Shown: positions 9,554 to 18,751 of the stretch, one piece after another
Layout of the letters: the number at the start of each line of letters is the position of its first letter
How positions within the stretch are numbered: position 1 is the first letter of the stretch
From: Methylophilus sp.
GTDB taxonomy: Bacteria > Pseudomonadota > Gammaproteobacteria > Burkholderiales > Methylophilaceae
Direction: 5' to 3'
Length of the DNA stretch: 64,000 nt
Assembly (NCBI GenBank): GCA_035460345.1
Contig: DATHWT010000002.1
Span: 577-64,576 of the forward strand
The notes under the pieces: model-generated
What the model was told of the DNA's origin: nothing
The model's database searches: none
What the model saw: only the letters and a program-made list of their open reading frames with translations
Translations under genes and position numbers: made by a program

Positions 9554-9967
9554 TTAAGCTGGCTGGGAAATACCTATCAGTGCTTCGGTAGCCGCAGAAC
9601 TATCAGTAAGGGCCAGGTCAGCCAAAGAAATGATACCAACCAATTGGTATTCGCTATTCAACACCGGTAATCTACGCACCTGGAATCGTTTCATATAACT
9701 CGCGGCATCTTCTACCGTCTGGTCTTCATACATATAGCGTGCTTCAGTGCCCAGCAACTGGTTTATTCTGGTGTCATCCAGCGATAGGCCACGTGCCACT
9801 GCGCGGATGGTGATATCTCGATCAGACAGCATGCCAACCAACTCACCATTTTCGCAGACAGGCAAAATACCCAGATCATGCTCGGCCATGGTTAGGGCGG
9901 CGCTGCGCAGGGTATCGTTAGGGGAAGCGACAATTACTTCAGGGGTCATAATCTGGCTAATCAGCAT
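9554..9967 (-). CDS. CBS-domain protein (Hrp1-like)
   Basis: IMTPEV...DLGILPVCENGELVGMLSDRDITIRAVA...QVRRLPVLN...LVGIISLADLA. Confidence 0.92.
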   Translation of the reverse strand: MLISQIMTPEVIVASPNDTLRSAALTMAEHDLGILPVCENGELVGMLSDRDITIRAVARGLSLDDTRINQLLGTEARYMYEDQTVEDAASYMKRFQVRRLPVLNSEYQLVGIISLADLALTDSSAATEALIGISQPA

Positions 9968-10030
9968 GGTGAATCCTTATCAAATATTAATGTGCCAGTT
10001 TGGTTTGGAACCTGAAGCACTATAGGAATA

Positions 10031-10087
10031 AGTATAAGGATTCATGAGACTAGAGATTATCCGTAGACCGCTGATAGACGTGTCAGA
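10031..10087 (-). promoter_or_regulatory. Conserved stress-regulon promoter motif (instance 4)
   Basis: Gene-sense TCTGAC-N7-TCAGC-N7-GGATAA-N20-TATACT. Confidence 0.7.
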
Positions 10088-10136
10088 TGTAGATTCAATC
10101 AAACGCAGATTCATCTGACACGGCAATCTCCCGCAC

Positions 10137-11342
10137 CTAATCTATCGTCACCAGTTGTTTATCCTCCATCGCTTTCGCGCCTGGGATCAACACCACTTTC
10201 CGGCAGTCTTCTTCCTTCTTGTTGAAGATGTCGTAGCCTCTGGCCGCATCTTCCAGCGACATTCTATGGGTAATAATATCGGCTGGTTGTAATCTTCCCT
10301 CTTCAATATCCTCAAGCAGTTCACCCAGGTAACTATGCACATGGGTCTGGCCCATTTTAAAAGTGATGCCTTTATCAAAAGCATCGCCCAATAAAAAGCC
10401 ATGTATAAAGCCCGAGTAGACGCCAGGGATGCTGATAATGCCGCCACGGCGCGTGGCCGCTATACATTGACGCAAGACCTGGCCACTACTGGTTTCGAGT
10501 TTTAAGGTAGTCAGCGTGGTTTCAAACAGACTGCCTTTGGCTTCAAAACCCACTGCATCTATGCTGGCATCCACACCTCTATTACCGGTCAGCTGGATGA
10601 TCAGGTCGGCCGGGTCGTCATTCTCATCAAAATTAATGCTGATGGTGTCATAGGCTTCCTGGGCGAAGTCCAGGCGATACTGGTGATGATCAATCATGAA
10701 TATGGTTTCTGCACCTAGCATGCGCGCACAGGCAGCCGCCATCAGGCCGACTGGTCCCGCACCAAAAATGGCGATTTTTGAACCGGGCACCACATCCGCA
10801 TTCAGTACCGCCTGATAACCGGTGGGCAAAATATCGGTGAGGAATAACACCTGCTCATCTGCAAGCGAACCTGGCACTTTAAACGGGCCGACATTCCCAT
10901 GTGGCACGCGCACCAGCTCAGCCTGCCCACCAGGCACACCGCCATACAGGTGGCTGTAACCAAACAGGGCGGCAGGCGGTTTGATGTCTTTTTTATTCAA
11001 CGATGCGCCACGGTCAGGATTGGTCGTTTCACACGCGGCATACTGGCTTTTTTCACAGAAGAAACAGTGACCACAGGCAATGACAAACGGGATGATTACG
11101 CGATCGCCTTTTTTCACATTGGTCACTGCAGGGCCCACATCTTCCACTACCCCCATAAACTCATGGCCGAGAATATCGCCATCTTTAACCTCAGGAATTT
11201 TGCCGCGATACAAGTGCAAATCAGAACCACAGATAGCGGTAGCAGTCACCCGTAAAATCACATCATCTTCCTGGGTCAGGATAGGATCAGGGACGCTCTC
11301 AACTCGAACATCGTTGCTTCCATGATAGGTGAGTGCGCGCAT
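10137..11342 (-). CDS. Zinc-dependent alcohol / formaldehyde dehydrogenase-like (MDR family, YbdR-like)
   Basis: [23 protein letters not shown] structural zinc site, GAGPVG NAD-binding motif. Confidence 0.92.
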   Translation of the reverse strand: MRALTYHGSNDVRVESVPDPILTQEDDVILRVTATAICGSDLHLYRGKIPEVKDGDILGHEFMGVVEDVGPAVTNVKKGDRVIIPFVIACGHCFFCEKSQYAACETTNPDRGASLNKKDIKPPAALFGYSHLYGGVPGGQAELVRVPHGNVGPFKVPGSLADEQVLFLTDILPTGYQAVLNADVVPGSKIAIFGAGPVGLMAAACARMLGAETIFMIDHHQYRLDFAQEAYDTISINFDENDDPADLIIQLTGNRGVDASIDAVGFEAKGSLFETTLTTLKLETSSGQVLRQCIAATRRGGIISIPGVYSGFIHGFLLGDAFDKGITFKMGQTHVHSYLGELLEDIEEGRLQPADIITHRMSLEDAARGYDIFNKKEEDCRKVVLIPGAKAMEDKQLVTID

Positions 11343-11418
11343 AGAGAATCCTTGAATAAGTTGAAATGTCGGCTTATGGCTAGTGATCAGTGCTTTACCA
11401 CAGCCAATAAATATCTCG

Positions 11419-11475
11419 ACTTTAAAGAGAGTAAAAAATAAGCATAAGCGTGCTATCTCTGATACTTTTGTAGGT
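11419..11475 (-). promoter_or_regulatory. Conserved stress-regulon promoter motif (instance 5)
   Basis: Gene-sense ACCTAC-N7-TCAGA-N33-TAAAGT. Confidence 0.55.
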
Positions 11476-11535
11476 ATAGCTAATCCTTAACACTGTGGAT
11501 TGATTGAAGCAGGGATGAAAGCAAGCTTCTCTCTC

Positions 11536-11592
11536 ACTGACAGGTGAATCAGAGACGCACTGACAGTCAGCCTTCAGGTTTATCCCTACACT
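11536..11592 (+). promoter_or_regulatory. Conserved stress-regulon promoter motif (instance 6, opposite orientation for a plus-strand gene)
   Basis: ACTGAC-N7-TCAGA-N7-TGACAG-N20-TACACT upstream of the DUF4142 gene. Confidence 0.65.
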
Positions 11593-11625
11593 ATTTTCAA
11601 ATTCAATCATAAAAAGGAAATCACC

Positions 11626-12153
11626 ATGAATTCATTCAAACGTTTAATGTTTGGCTCGGCTTTGTTAGGCATGCTATGCCTTAGCCTGAATGTGAGTGCA
11701 AAAGATGTAACTTCTTCAGATAAGCGCTTTTTAAAGAACGCCGCTGAAGCGGGCAACTATGAAGTAGAAGGCAGCCAGCTGGCACTTAAGAAATCCAAAG
11801 ATGTGGAAATTCTGAAGTTTGCCAAGATGATGACGGAAGACCATACTCAGGCAGCGGCCAAGGTCAAAGACTTGGCCGCCAAGCGCGGGGTGGAGCTGTC
11901 AAAAGAACCCAGCCTGATACAGCAAGCAAAACTCAAATATCTGGAAACCAAAGAAGGCACAAAATTTGACAAAAGCTATGCCGCTGGCGTAGGTGTTTCT
12001 GCCCATGAGCAAACCATCAAACTGTTTGAAGACGCGGCTGAAGATGCTACTGATCCGGAGATCAAGAAGTTCGCGACTGACACTTTACCGGTATTGAAAA
12101 AACACCTGGAAGAAGCGAAAAGGATTGATACCAGAGTAAACAAAGATGACTAA
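11626..12153 (+). CDS. DUF4142 exported ferritin-like-fold protein
   Basis: Signal peptide; DKRFLKNAAEAGNYEVEGSQLA...FAKMMTEDH...FDKSY...HEQTIKLF...TLPVLKKHL. Confidence 0.9.
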   Translation: MNSFKRLMFGSALLGMLCLSLNVSAKDVTSSDKRFLKNAAEAGNYEVEGSQLALKKSKDVEILKFAKMMTEDHTQAAAKVKDLAAKRGVELSKEPSLIQQAKLKYLETKEGTKFDKSYAAGVGVSAHEQTIKLFEDAAEDATDPEIKKFATDTLPVLKKHLEEAKRIDTRVNKDD

Positions 12154-12214
12154 TACCAGCTTAAGTACGATAAGTTAAGCGTTAGATAATCATCGATACA
12201 TAACTAATGCAAAC

Positions 12215-12256
12215 CTGCCCTCACTCAATTCTGTTGAGTGAGGGCAGATGTTTTTT
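12215..12256. terminator. Intrinsic terminator between convergent DUF4142 and TIR genes
   Basis: CTGCCCTCACTCAA-TTCTG-TTGAGTGAGGGCAG followed by a T-run. Confidence 0.8.
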
Positions 12257-12293
12257 AGCGCATGGATTTGCGGATGCAACCTAGGCCTGGATT

Positions 12294-12785
12294 TTACCGC
12301 TGTCTGGTTGCGATGGCTGCCTCGATCCAGTCTTCCAGGTGTTCACGTATATAAGCATAGACTTCTCTACTGCTTTCCCCTGGGGGGTCATACGTCTGGA
12401 CGATGGAAGATAACTGCCTGCCATCCGGCAAAGTCAAGGTAGCGAAAGGGTCCGGCCCGGCTATCGATTCCTGTTGATTTTGATCAAGCAATCTATGGAT
12501 GCGTATGCCTAACAGGCCTTTGCCACTACTGAGGGACTGTTCAATTTCATAATTCACCCAGCGACTGTCGGCCGTATCGGCCCCAATCAGCACAATGGTG
12601 CAGCTGCGCCCATTCAGTTGATCATCTATCCAGCGCATGATGGCAGCCTCATCACCCTGCTTGACCCTTTCCCAGGTGTTATCCTTTGCCGCCTGATTAC
12701 CTTCCACCACGCCGATATTACGCACCATGGAAGCACGCCAGCAATCGCTTTCGTAATCAAAACTATAGAAGACCCTGCGCGCCAT
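12294..12785 (-). CDS. thsB: Thoeris ThsB-like TIR protein (MTH538/DUF1863)
   Basis: MARRVFYSFDY..DCWRASMVRN...WIDDQLNGRSCTIVLIGADTADSRWVNYEI; catalytic Glu retained. Confidence 0.88.
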   Translation of the reverse strand: MARRVFYSFDYESDCWRASMVRNIGVVEGNQAAKDNTWERVKQGDEAAIMRWIDDQLNGRSCTIVLIGADTADSRWVNYEIEQSLSSGKGLLGIRIHRLLDQNQQESIAGPDPFATLTLPDGRQLSSIVQTYDPPGESSREVYAYIREHLEDWIEAAIATRQR

Positions 12786-12912
12786 ACCCAACCTTGTGAA
12801 TTTTAAAGCCCCAGATAGTACTTTAAACTGAATAGGTTTGAATATCTAATTGAAGATGCTATGTATTGCCGGAAAAGCAACCAAAAGCGGAAAGGGAGTC
12901 AGTGATTTGGGC

Positions 12913-13500
12913 TTACTGCATCGCCCTGGTATTCATGTAAGAAAAATGCGTATGAAACATGCGTGCGAAATCGATATCGGCCAAATCTGCCTGCGTGCCA
13001 TAGCCATGATCTAGTGCCAGGGTCAACGCCGCCCCACCAGGCGAAGGTACCGGCAACACGCTGGCATCCGGATGATAATATTTAAAGATGGCATGCTCTG
13101 TTTCCACACCTTCCATGCCGCCAATAAACACGGCGCCCGTCAGGTCCTGGCGAGAGAGCATTTCCTTGCGCATATGCAATATACTGGCTTCGCGGTCTCC
13201 GGCCACGGCATTGGTAAAAATCACATTGCCGAATTTCCGGTTTTCTTCAGGGTAATCATCTTGAAAAAACTTGCTCTGGTATAGCACTACCGCATCGGCA
13301 TAATCCACACCCAAGTCTTCACAGATACTCCATAGCATGGGCGTGATTGCCGGGTGCCCGCCCCAGATGATCTGATGCTGCCGGATGATGGCGATGATCA
13401 TTTCACGGACCGCGCACTGGATCAGGAATGGATTGGCAGTCTCGTGATAAGTGCCACGATGCTTCAACGGCACACTGGCGGAAAGAAAAATCGCCCCCAT
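12913..13500 (-). CDS. Stand-alone SLOG-domain protein (TIR-associated SLOG type)
   Basis: IFLSASVP...IIWGGHPAITPM...YQSKFF...SILHMRKEML...AVFIGGMEGVETE...PSPGGAA; start overlaps the upstream stop (TAATG), GGAGG RBS. Confidence 0.85.
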   Translation of the reverse strand: MGAIFLSASVPLKHRGTYHETANPFLIQCAVREMIIAIIRQHQIIWGGHPAITPMLWSICEDLGVDYADAVVLYQSKFFQDDYPEENRKFGNVIFTNAVAGDREASILHMRKEMLSRQDLTGAVFIGGMEGVETEHAIFKYYHPDASVLPVPSPGGAALTLALDHGYGTQADLADIDFARMFHTHFSYMNTRAMQ

Positions 13501-14642
13501 TAATGCCTCCACTTTGTAAATTGTGTACTGGCTTCGGTGGCTTTGATCCAGCTGGCGGCTTGCACATGTGTCTTCAACCAGTCTAGGTGTTTGAGCCCTT
13601 CCTGATGCAGACCAACCGGATCGTAAATCACCGCCACAGACTGGTGAGGCGAATGCTTGTACGCCTCTTCCAGATTGAAAGGAATAGGCACGCCAACGGT
13701 AGGGTAAACGGTCAATTGTTCGCCATTAGGCAATTGCAGATGGACGGCTTTGTGCGCACTCACACCCAGCATTTTTCCGCCTATGGCCTGGATGGCAATA
13801 CGGATGCTGCTGATCAGATTGACCGAACGCACTGCATGGTTCTGACTGCGGATTTCTTCAAGTTGTTGGCAAATATTAGCCAGGGCATCTGCTGCGATGC
13901 GACCGGAATCATGCGTGATATCTGTCGCCGACAGCTGTATAACGCTGGCGGTAGCTGACCGCAGGGAAGTGGCAGCATCGGGCCAGCTCACCTTCATCAC
14001 ACTGATGCCTTTGGCAAGCACCCGGCCAAACTCCGCATTCGTCCACCGATTTTCAAAATAGGCAGGCGTGTCAAGCATCAGCAATACATCCGAATCATAT
14101 AATCTATGCCATGATAGGGCTTCCACCTCTTCAGCCGGCGCTGTGCCCTGGCTGTCGAGAAATACATCAAACTGGCGTTCTGCCAGCGCATTAAACACTT
14201 GCGTCGCCACTGTAGCCGCCTCGTCGCGACGATAACTGATGAATACCCGCCGGTGCTGGGGTAATAACCCCACACTTTCAAGCAAGGTAGTCGCTATGCC
14301 CTTGGCGCCCGCTTCCAAATAGCCCAGGCAATTGAGAGGATGCAATATTGCAGGCAACTCAACTTGCGCCTGATCTACTTTTGAGACAACGGGCAGTACA
14401 GGTACTCCGCGTTCGAGTAGTTCTTCCAGGTTGGCAGTATCTACTTGCTGGCCACCAAAAAAAATAGCGGCAGCAGGTTGCAGTTGATGCGGTTTGAACG
14501 TGGTTGGTAAGATTTCCCAAGCCACATCATGCCCTAAAAGTAGATTGAATCTTGCCAATGCTGCAGCTATACCTTCGCTGAGCGTACTGAGTTGAACCTC
14601 AGTCGGTGTACCGAGCACAGCGAGTTGATACAGGAATGTCAT
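13500..14642 (-). CDS. Long TIR-domain protein with extra N- and C-terminal alpha/beta domains
   Basis: RRVFISYRRDE...FDVFLD...SDVLLMLDTPAYFENRWTNAEF (TIR boxes with Glu); ATG 14642 (ORF track extends to 14663). Confidence 0.85.
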   Translation of the reverse strand: MTFLYQLAVLGTPTEVQLSTLSEGIAAALARFNLLLGHDVAWEILPTTFKPHQLQPAAAIFFGGQQVDTANLEELLERGVPVLPVVSKVDQAQVELPAILHPLNCLGYLEAGAKGIATTLLESVGLLPQHRRVFISYRRDEAATVATQVFNALAERQFDVFLDSQGTAPAEEVEALSWHRLYDSDVLLMLDTPAYFENRWTNAEFGRVLAKGISVMKVSWPDAATSLRSATASVIQLSATDITHDSGRIAADALANICQQLEEIRSQNHAVRSVNLISSIRIAIQAIGGKMLGVSAHKAVHLQLPNGEQLTVYPTVGVPIPFNLEEAYKHSPHQSVAVIYDPVGLHQEGLKHLDWLKTHVQAASWIKATEASTQFTKWRH

Positions 14643-14883
14643 AGCGGCTAATGTTTCTCTCAAAGGAATAATGCAGCGATGTCATCATTTTAATGCTTGC
14701 ATGGATACTAACCATCATACTTCAAATCTTTTATTGATTAATTACATCAATTTCAGCCATTTATTAACTTCTTAGCTGGCATATCAAAAGTGAAAGTTTC
14801 CATCAATTGGATTTAAAACCAAACTCATGCCTATAGAAACGAACTAATTAATCTTACACAATATATTATAAAAGCACAGATCG

Positions 14884-14950
14884 ATCATCCAGATTTTCTG
14901 CTCAGCTCAGTAGTCATTTAACGCTGATATGCATGTAAGAATTTACCGAC
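14884..14950 (-). promoter_or_regulatory. Conserved stress-regulon promoter motif (instance 7) facing the TIR-SLOG-TIR operon
   Basis: Plus strand: ATCATC-N33-GCTGA-N7-GTAAGA-ATTT-ACCGAC. Confidence 0.55.
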
Positions 14951-15054
14951 AATTGACAAAGAGCATATACATCTACACAAAGATAAAAAAAAGATGCGTA
15001 GAACGCATCCTTAAAATGACGCGGCAAAGGTTATTCACCGGACATCATCATGAA

Positions 15055-15222
15055 TTAGTTTTTCTTGTCGGTCTTGTTACCAGACTTGGCACTGTCACCA
15101 GCACTACCTGATGCATTTTTACTTTTTTCATTTTTGTCACTTTGACCAACCTTTGAATCCTTGTCGCTAGAGCCACTGCCAGATTTTGATGCGCTTTGCT
15201 TGTTACCTTGAGTTGTAGCCAT
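15055..15222 (-). CDS. 55-aa hydrophilic low-complexity (S/K/G-rich) protein, hydrophilin-like
   Basis: MATTQGNKQSASKSGSGSSDKDSKVGQSDKNEKSKNASGSAGDSAKSGNKTDKKN; AGGAGA RBS; motif promoter upstream. Confidence 0.75.
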   Translation of the reverse strand: MATTQGNKQSASKSGSGSSDKDSKVGQSDKNEKSKNASGSAGDSAKSGNKTDKKN

Positions 15223-15307
15223 GATTTTTCTCCTGTTCGCCTCCAGATGATGACCCACTGCCTCAGGTATCTGGAAAGACGGGAATGAGGTGAAGCAATG
15301 TGTCCCT

Positions 15308-15364
15308 ATGGTAGGGGGAGAGTGACAAGGAAATTATCCGTACATGGCTGATTGCATCGTCAGA
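15308..15364 (-). promoter_or_regulatory. Conserved stress-regulon promoter motif (instance 8)
   Basis: Gene-sense TCTGAC-N7-TCAGC-N7-GGATAA-N20-TACCAT. Confidence 0.7.
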
Positions 15365-15391
15365 CATTCATTCAAAAGCTTTGCCTGACTT

Positions 15392-15547
15392 TCAGATCAC
15401 CCCGCCCAATGCTAACCCGATCAGCATCGTCAGCAGAGAACCAGTCACCTAGGTTGGACAATATCCCCACCTGGCGCTGTAAGGCCACACTGGAAAAAAA
15501 GCGAATAGAGCGACAATATTAATGCCTATCAGTATGGTACCCAGCAA
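15392..15547 (-). pseudogene. DUF3309 copy 3, interrupted by an in-frame TAG
   Basis: TTG start after AGGAGG; LLGTILIGINIVALFAFFPVWPYSARWGYCPT*VTGSLLTMLIGLALGGVI*; 156 nt like the other copies; TAG at 15449-15451. Confidence 0.8.
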
Positions 15548-15626
15548 GCTGACCTCCTGAAATCAAACCAGCTGCGCTTGGATATCAAGCTGTTTCCAGT
15601 ATTGGTTTTCAAATGGGTGATACTGA

Positions 15627-15683
15627 ATGATGCTTTATTCTCACGGTATATTCTATAGAGCTGGCACTGAGCCGGTTGTCAGA
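15627..15683 (-). promoter_or_regulatory. Conserved stress-regulon promoter motif (instance 9)
   Basis: Gene-sense TCTGAC-N7-TCAGT-N33-CATCAT. Confidence 0.6.
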
Positions 15684-15973
15684 ATTAATAGCCATTGGTA
15701 GCGAATCATTCTTGCCCCACTGCCATGAAGTTACTATGGCTTCAAAACGCAGTTAAACTCATATTTTCAGGCATGATCAGAGGCTAAGCCCAGGCATAAG
15801 GAATAGCTCAAGCTGCAATAAGAGGTTGTAATTAACAAGAATTAATTTAGGATAACCACCTATGCATCTCTTTTTTAAATAATTCCAGCCCTTTTTAATA
15901 TTATTTGGGCAGCATGCCGGTCTTAAAATGCATTAACCGTATGGGATGGCGTATCAACAAAGTAAGTGGAAAT

Positions 15974-16543
15974 ATGAACGAACTAAAAATTAAACAAGCA
16001 AAAGCTGCATTACAAACACTGCCTATTCTCACCCTATGCATTTTTATCTCTTTCGTCATCGCCCTGTACCTCAAGACCGGGCTTTCATCTCTCACCCTGT
16101 CAATACTGATCTCTACACTCGTGATGACTGCATACGGAGTCTGGGATCTGCATACCACCTCGAAAAGGCAAGTCTCTATTAATAGGCTGAAAGGCCACAT
16201 CACCGTGGTGAGTGTGAGCATCATCGGTCATCAACGCATCAGGCATTACCCCATTCAATACTTCAGTGCAGTGAGGTCTTATATCACGGCTGAAAATGCA
16301 GCGAAAAACATGGTTGAACTGGTCACCAATGATGGCAAACGCGGATTGCTTCTATCAAGTTTTTCACCTCATGGTAAAAAACTCGGGTTTCTTGAGGGTG
16401 AAAGAGAAAACCCGGATGCCACCGCACTAGTGAATGCAGTCATAGTGTTTATACCTTTGAAGAATCTGGGATTCGTAGGCAAGCGATTTGAAACTGAATC
16501 CGTAGAAAAAGATAGGCGCAACTTTTTTAGCAAGCTATTCTAG
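15974..16543 (+). CDS. Hypothetical membrane protein (two N-terminal TM helices plus a soluble domain)
   Basis: Open frame with a hydrophobic hairpin; ATG 15974 (ORF track extends to 15905). Confidence 0.65.
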   Translation: MNELKIKQAKAALQTLPILTLCIFISFVIALYLKTGLSSLTLSILISTLVMTAYGVWDLHTTSKRQVSINRLKGHITVVSVSIIGHQRIRHYPIQYFSAVRSYITAENAAKNMVELVTNDGKRGLLLSSFSPHGKKLGFLEGERENPDATALVNAVIVFIPLKNLGFVGKRFETESVEKDRRNFFSKLF

Positions 16544-16563
16544 CGCTGTGTGCATTTATAGAA

Positions 16564-16586
16564 AACATCCAACATCCAACATCCAA
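16564..16586 (+). repeat. 7-bp tandem repeat (AACATCC)x3
   Basis: AACATCC AACATCC AACATCC AA in intergenic DNA. Confidence 0.7.
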
Positions 16587-17069
16587 ACCAGATAAACACA
16601 TTTGAAATGAGCAAAAGCACTAATATTTTTCTTTTGCTCAGTTGAGTTATTTTTTCATCTGTCACCGACATAACAAACCCCTGTTTTCTGAATAATGAAT
16701 GCAGGCGACGTAACGTGCGCCGCCTCTTTTACCTAAAGATACCTCAATTTTTTGAGCGCACACAATATTCAGGAACGGCAAAGATTTATGCCAGTTTCTT
16801 TATATTGTCACTACCTGTTTTTAGTCGCATTGATCAAAAGCTTGTGTGAGATCACAACTTAAAAACAACCCCTCTAAAGATGAAATCCCAGACAACAATT
16901 ATCGCGAGAATAAATAACAATAAACCCCCAATTTCAATAATTCCCTATTAGTCAAAAAACCAGTTAGACTGCTTGTTTTAGCAGGTATTTTTAAATAAAA
17001 AAAACAAAAGATTGAGTTCTTTTAAAACACGGTAATCTATTTACCAGTAACTGAACAACGGAGATAAAG

Positions 17070-17933
17070 ATGAGTCAGGAATCAGCATTGCAACTCACTG
17101 AAGTGATTAAAGGTAATGAAGAGGCTTTGGTAGATGAATTGATCTTAGCCATGAAAACTAAAATCATTCGATTTGATAAAGTGGCGGAGTTTGAAATACG
17201 TCAACAGGCAGCGCAGTTGCTGACGTTGCTGGAAACAAATATTCCAAAAACCACCACTTACAACTTGAATGAAGCGATTTGGGCGGAAACAAAACAACTG
17301 CTGACTGAATTTTCACATTCCAGAGTGAAACAGGGGTTTTCGCCCGCTGAAACTGCCGGATTTATTTTCTCTTTTAAAGAGCCTATTTTTAAATTGCTGC
17401 GGTCAGCGCTTAAAGACAAGCCTGAGCAGCTGGCAGAGGAAATGGCCATTACCACAGCCTTATTTGATCATTTGGGCCTGTTCACAATTGAGGTATACCA
17501 GAAAGCGAGAGAGCAAATTATCTCTCGCCAGCAACAAGAGCTGCTTGAATTATCAACACCGGTTGTTCAATTGTGGCAAAACGTACTGGCCTTGCCACTG
17601 ATTGGTACGCTGGATAGTGCGAGAACCCAGGTGGTGATGGAAAACCTGTTGCAGAAAATTGTAGAAACCGGTGCCCTGATCGCGATCATTGATATTACCG
17701 GCGTACCTACTGTAGATACCCTGGTAGCACAGCATCTGCTAAAAACAATTGCTGCCGCCCGCCTGATGGGCGCAGATTGCATTATCAGTGGTATCCGGCC
17801 GCAGATTGCCCAAACCATTGTCCACTTAGGTGTGAACCTGGAAGATGTCATTACCAAAGCAACGTTGGCGGATGCTTTCGTGATTGCCTTGAAAAAAACA
17901 GGCGCATCTGTCACCAATCCTATGGCGGTTTAA
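17070..17933 (+). CDS. rsbR: Stressosome sensor/scaffold RsbR (N-terminal helical domain plus STAS)
   Basis: ELSTPVVQLW..VLALPLIGTLDSART...IDITGVPTVDTLVAQHL...RLMGA.CIISGIRPQIAQTIVHLG. Confidence 0.95.
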   Translation: MSQESALQLTEVIKGNEEALVDELILAMKTKIIRFDKVAEFEIRQQAAQLLTLLETNIPKTTTYNLNEAIWAETKQLLTEFSHSRVKQGFSPAETAGFIFSFKEPIFKLLRSALKDKPEQLAEEMAITTALFDHLGLFTIEVYQKAREQIISRQQQELLELSTPVVQLWQNVLALPLIGTLDSARTQVVMENLLQKIVETGALIAIIDITGVPTVDTLVAQHLLKTIAAARLMGADCIISGIRPQIAQTIVHLGVNLEDVITKATLADAFVIALKKTGASVTNPMAV

Positions 17934-17942
17934 GAGGGCACT

Positions 17943-18296
17943 ATGGAACGCATTCCAATATTGAGGATGGGCACACTGCTACTGGTGACTATCCAGGTCG
18001 ATATGCATGACCGGCTGGCCATGACATTACAGGAAGATCTCACCGATCGTATTGTGAAAGATCGGGCCAAAGGGGTATTGATCGATATTTCTGCGCTGGA
18101 TATCGTTGACTCGTTTATCGGGCGGATGATCAGTAATACTGCTGCCATGGCGAAGATCCTGGATGCGAAAACCGTAGTGGTTGGCATGCAGCCTGCCGTA
18201 GCGATTACGCTGGTTGAATTAGGCCTGGCCCTTGAAGGTGTGATTACCGCGCTCAATGTTGAGCGTGGCATTGCCATGCTAGAACAAAACGCATGA
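17943..18296 (+). CDS. rsbS: Stressosome STAS protein RsbS
   Basis: IPILRMG..LLVTIQVDMHD...IDISALDIVDSFIG (phosphorylatable Ser)...GMQPAVAITLVELG. Confidence 0.95.
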   Translation: MERIPILRMGTLLLVTIQVDMHDRLAMTLQEDLTDRIVKDRAKGVLIDISALDIVDSFIGRMISNTAAMAKILDAKTVVVGMQPAVAITLVELGLALEGVITALNVERGIAMLEQNA

Positions 18297-18334
18297 AAGG
18301 CTTTCCACACTGTCAAAAAATTACTGGTGCTTAA

Positions 18335-18751
18335 ATGAAAACAGCAGAATCAGGCGCCGTGGTGATGCCCTTGTATAGCGACGAAGATGTTGTCCGCTTA
18401 AGAAAACTGGTGCGCGAAGAATTAGCAACGTTAGGCTTTGGCATTGTTGACCAGACTAAAATGATCACGGCGGCGAGTGAACTCGCCAGGAATACCCTCA
18501 AATATGGCAAAGGAGGCGAGTGTCATTTAAACAAACTGACTGAATCGGCAAAAATCGGCGTTGAACTGTTGTTCACGGACGATGGCCCCGGTATCGAGGA
18601 TGTTGCATTGGCACTGACTGATGGCTATACCAGCGGTGGCGGTTTAGGATTAGGATTGAGTGGCGCAAAAAAACTTTCTGATGAGTTTCATTTGGAAACG
18701 CAACCAGGTCACGGGACGCACGTTACGATTAGAAAGTGGAAGTTCGCATGA
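18335..18751 (+). CDS. rsbT: Switch kinase RsbT
   Basis: DQTKMITAASELARN...DDGPGIEDV..ALTDGYTSGGGLGLGLSGAKKL. Confidence 0.95.
   Translation: MKTAESGAVVMPLYSDEDVVRLRKLVREELATLGFGIVDQTKMITAASELARNTLKYGKGGECHLNKLTESAKIGVELLFTDDGPGIEDVALALTDGYTSGGGLGLGLSGAKKLSDEFHLETQPGHGTHVTIRKWKFA

Noticed and set aside
14650-15050. Hidden caspase, SIR2 or other effector gene for the TIR-SLOG operon
   Set aside because: The interval is short and AT-rich, with no ORF or motif remnant I could recognise.
15449-15451. Amber read-through (pyrrolysine) in the DUF3309 copy
   Set aside because: No pyl genes are visible, and the copy carries other degenerate changes (YYP->YCP, Asn in the TM helix), so a pseudogene is the simpler reading.
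16800-17060. Regulon motif upstream of rsbR
   Set aside because: No TCYKAC-N7-TCAG with a correctly spaced -10 hexamer was found by eye.
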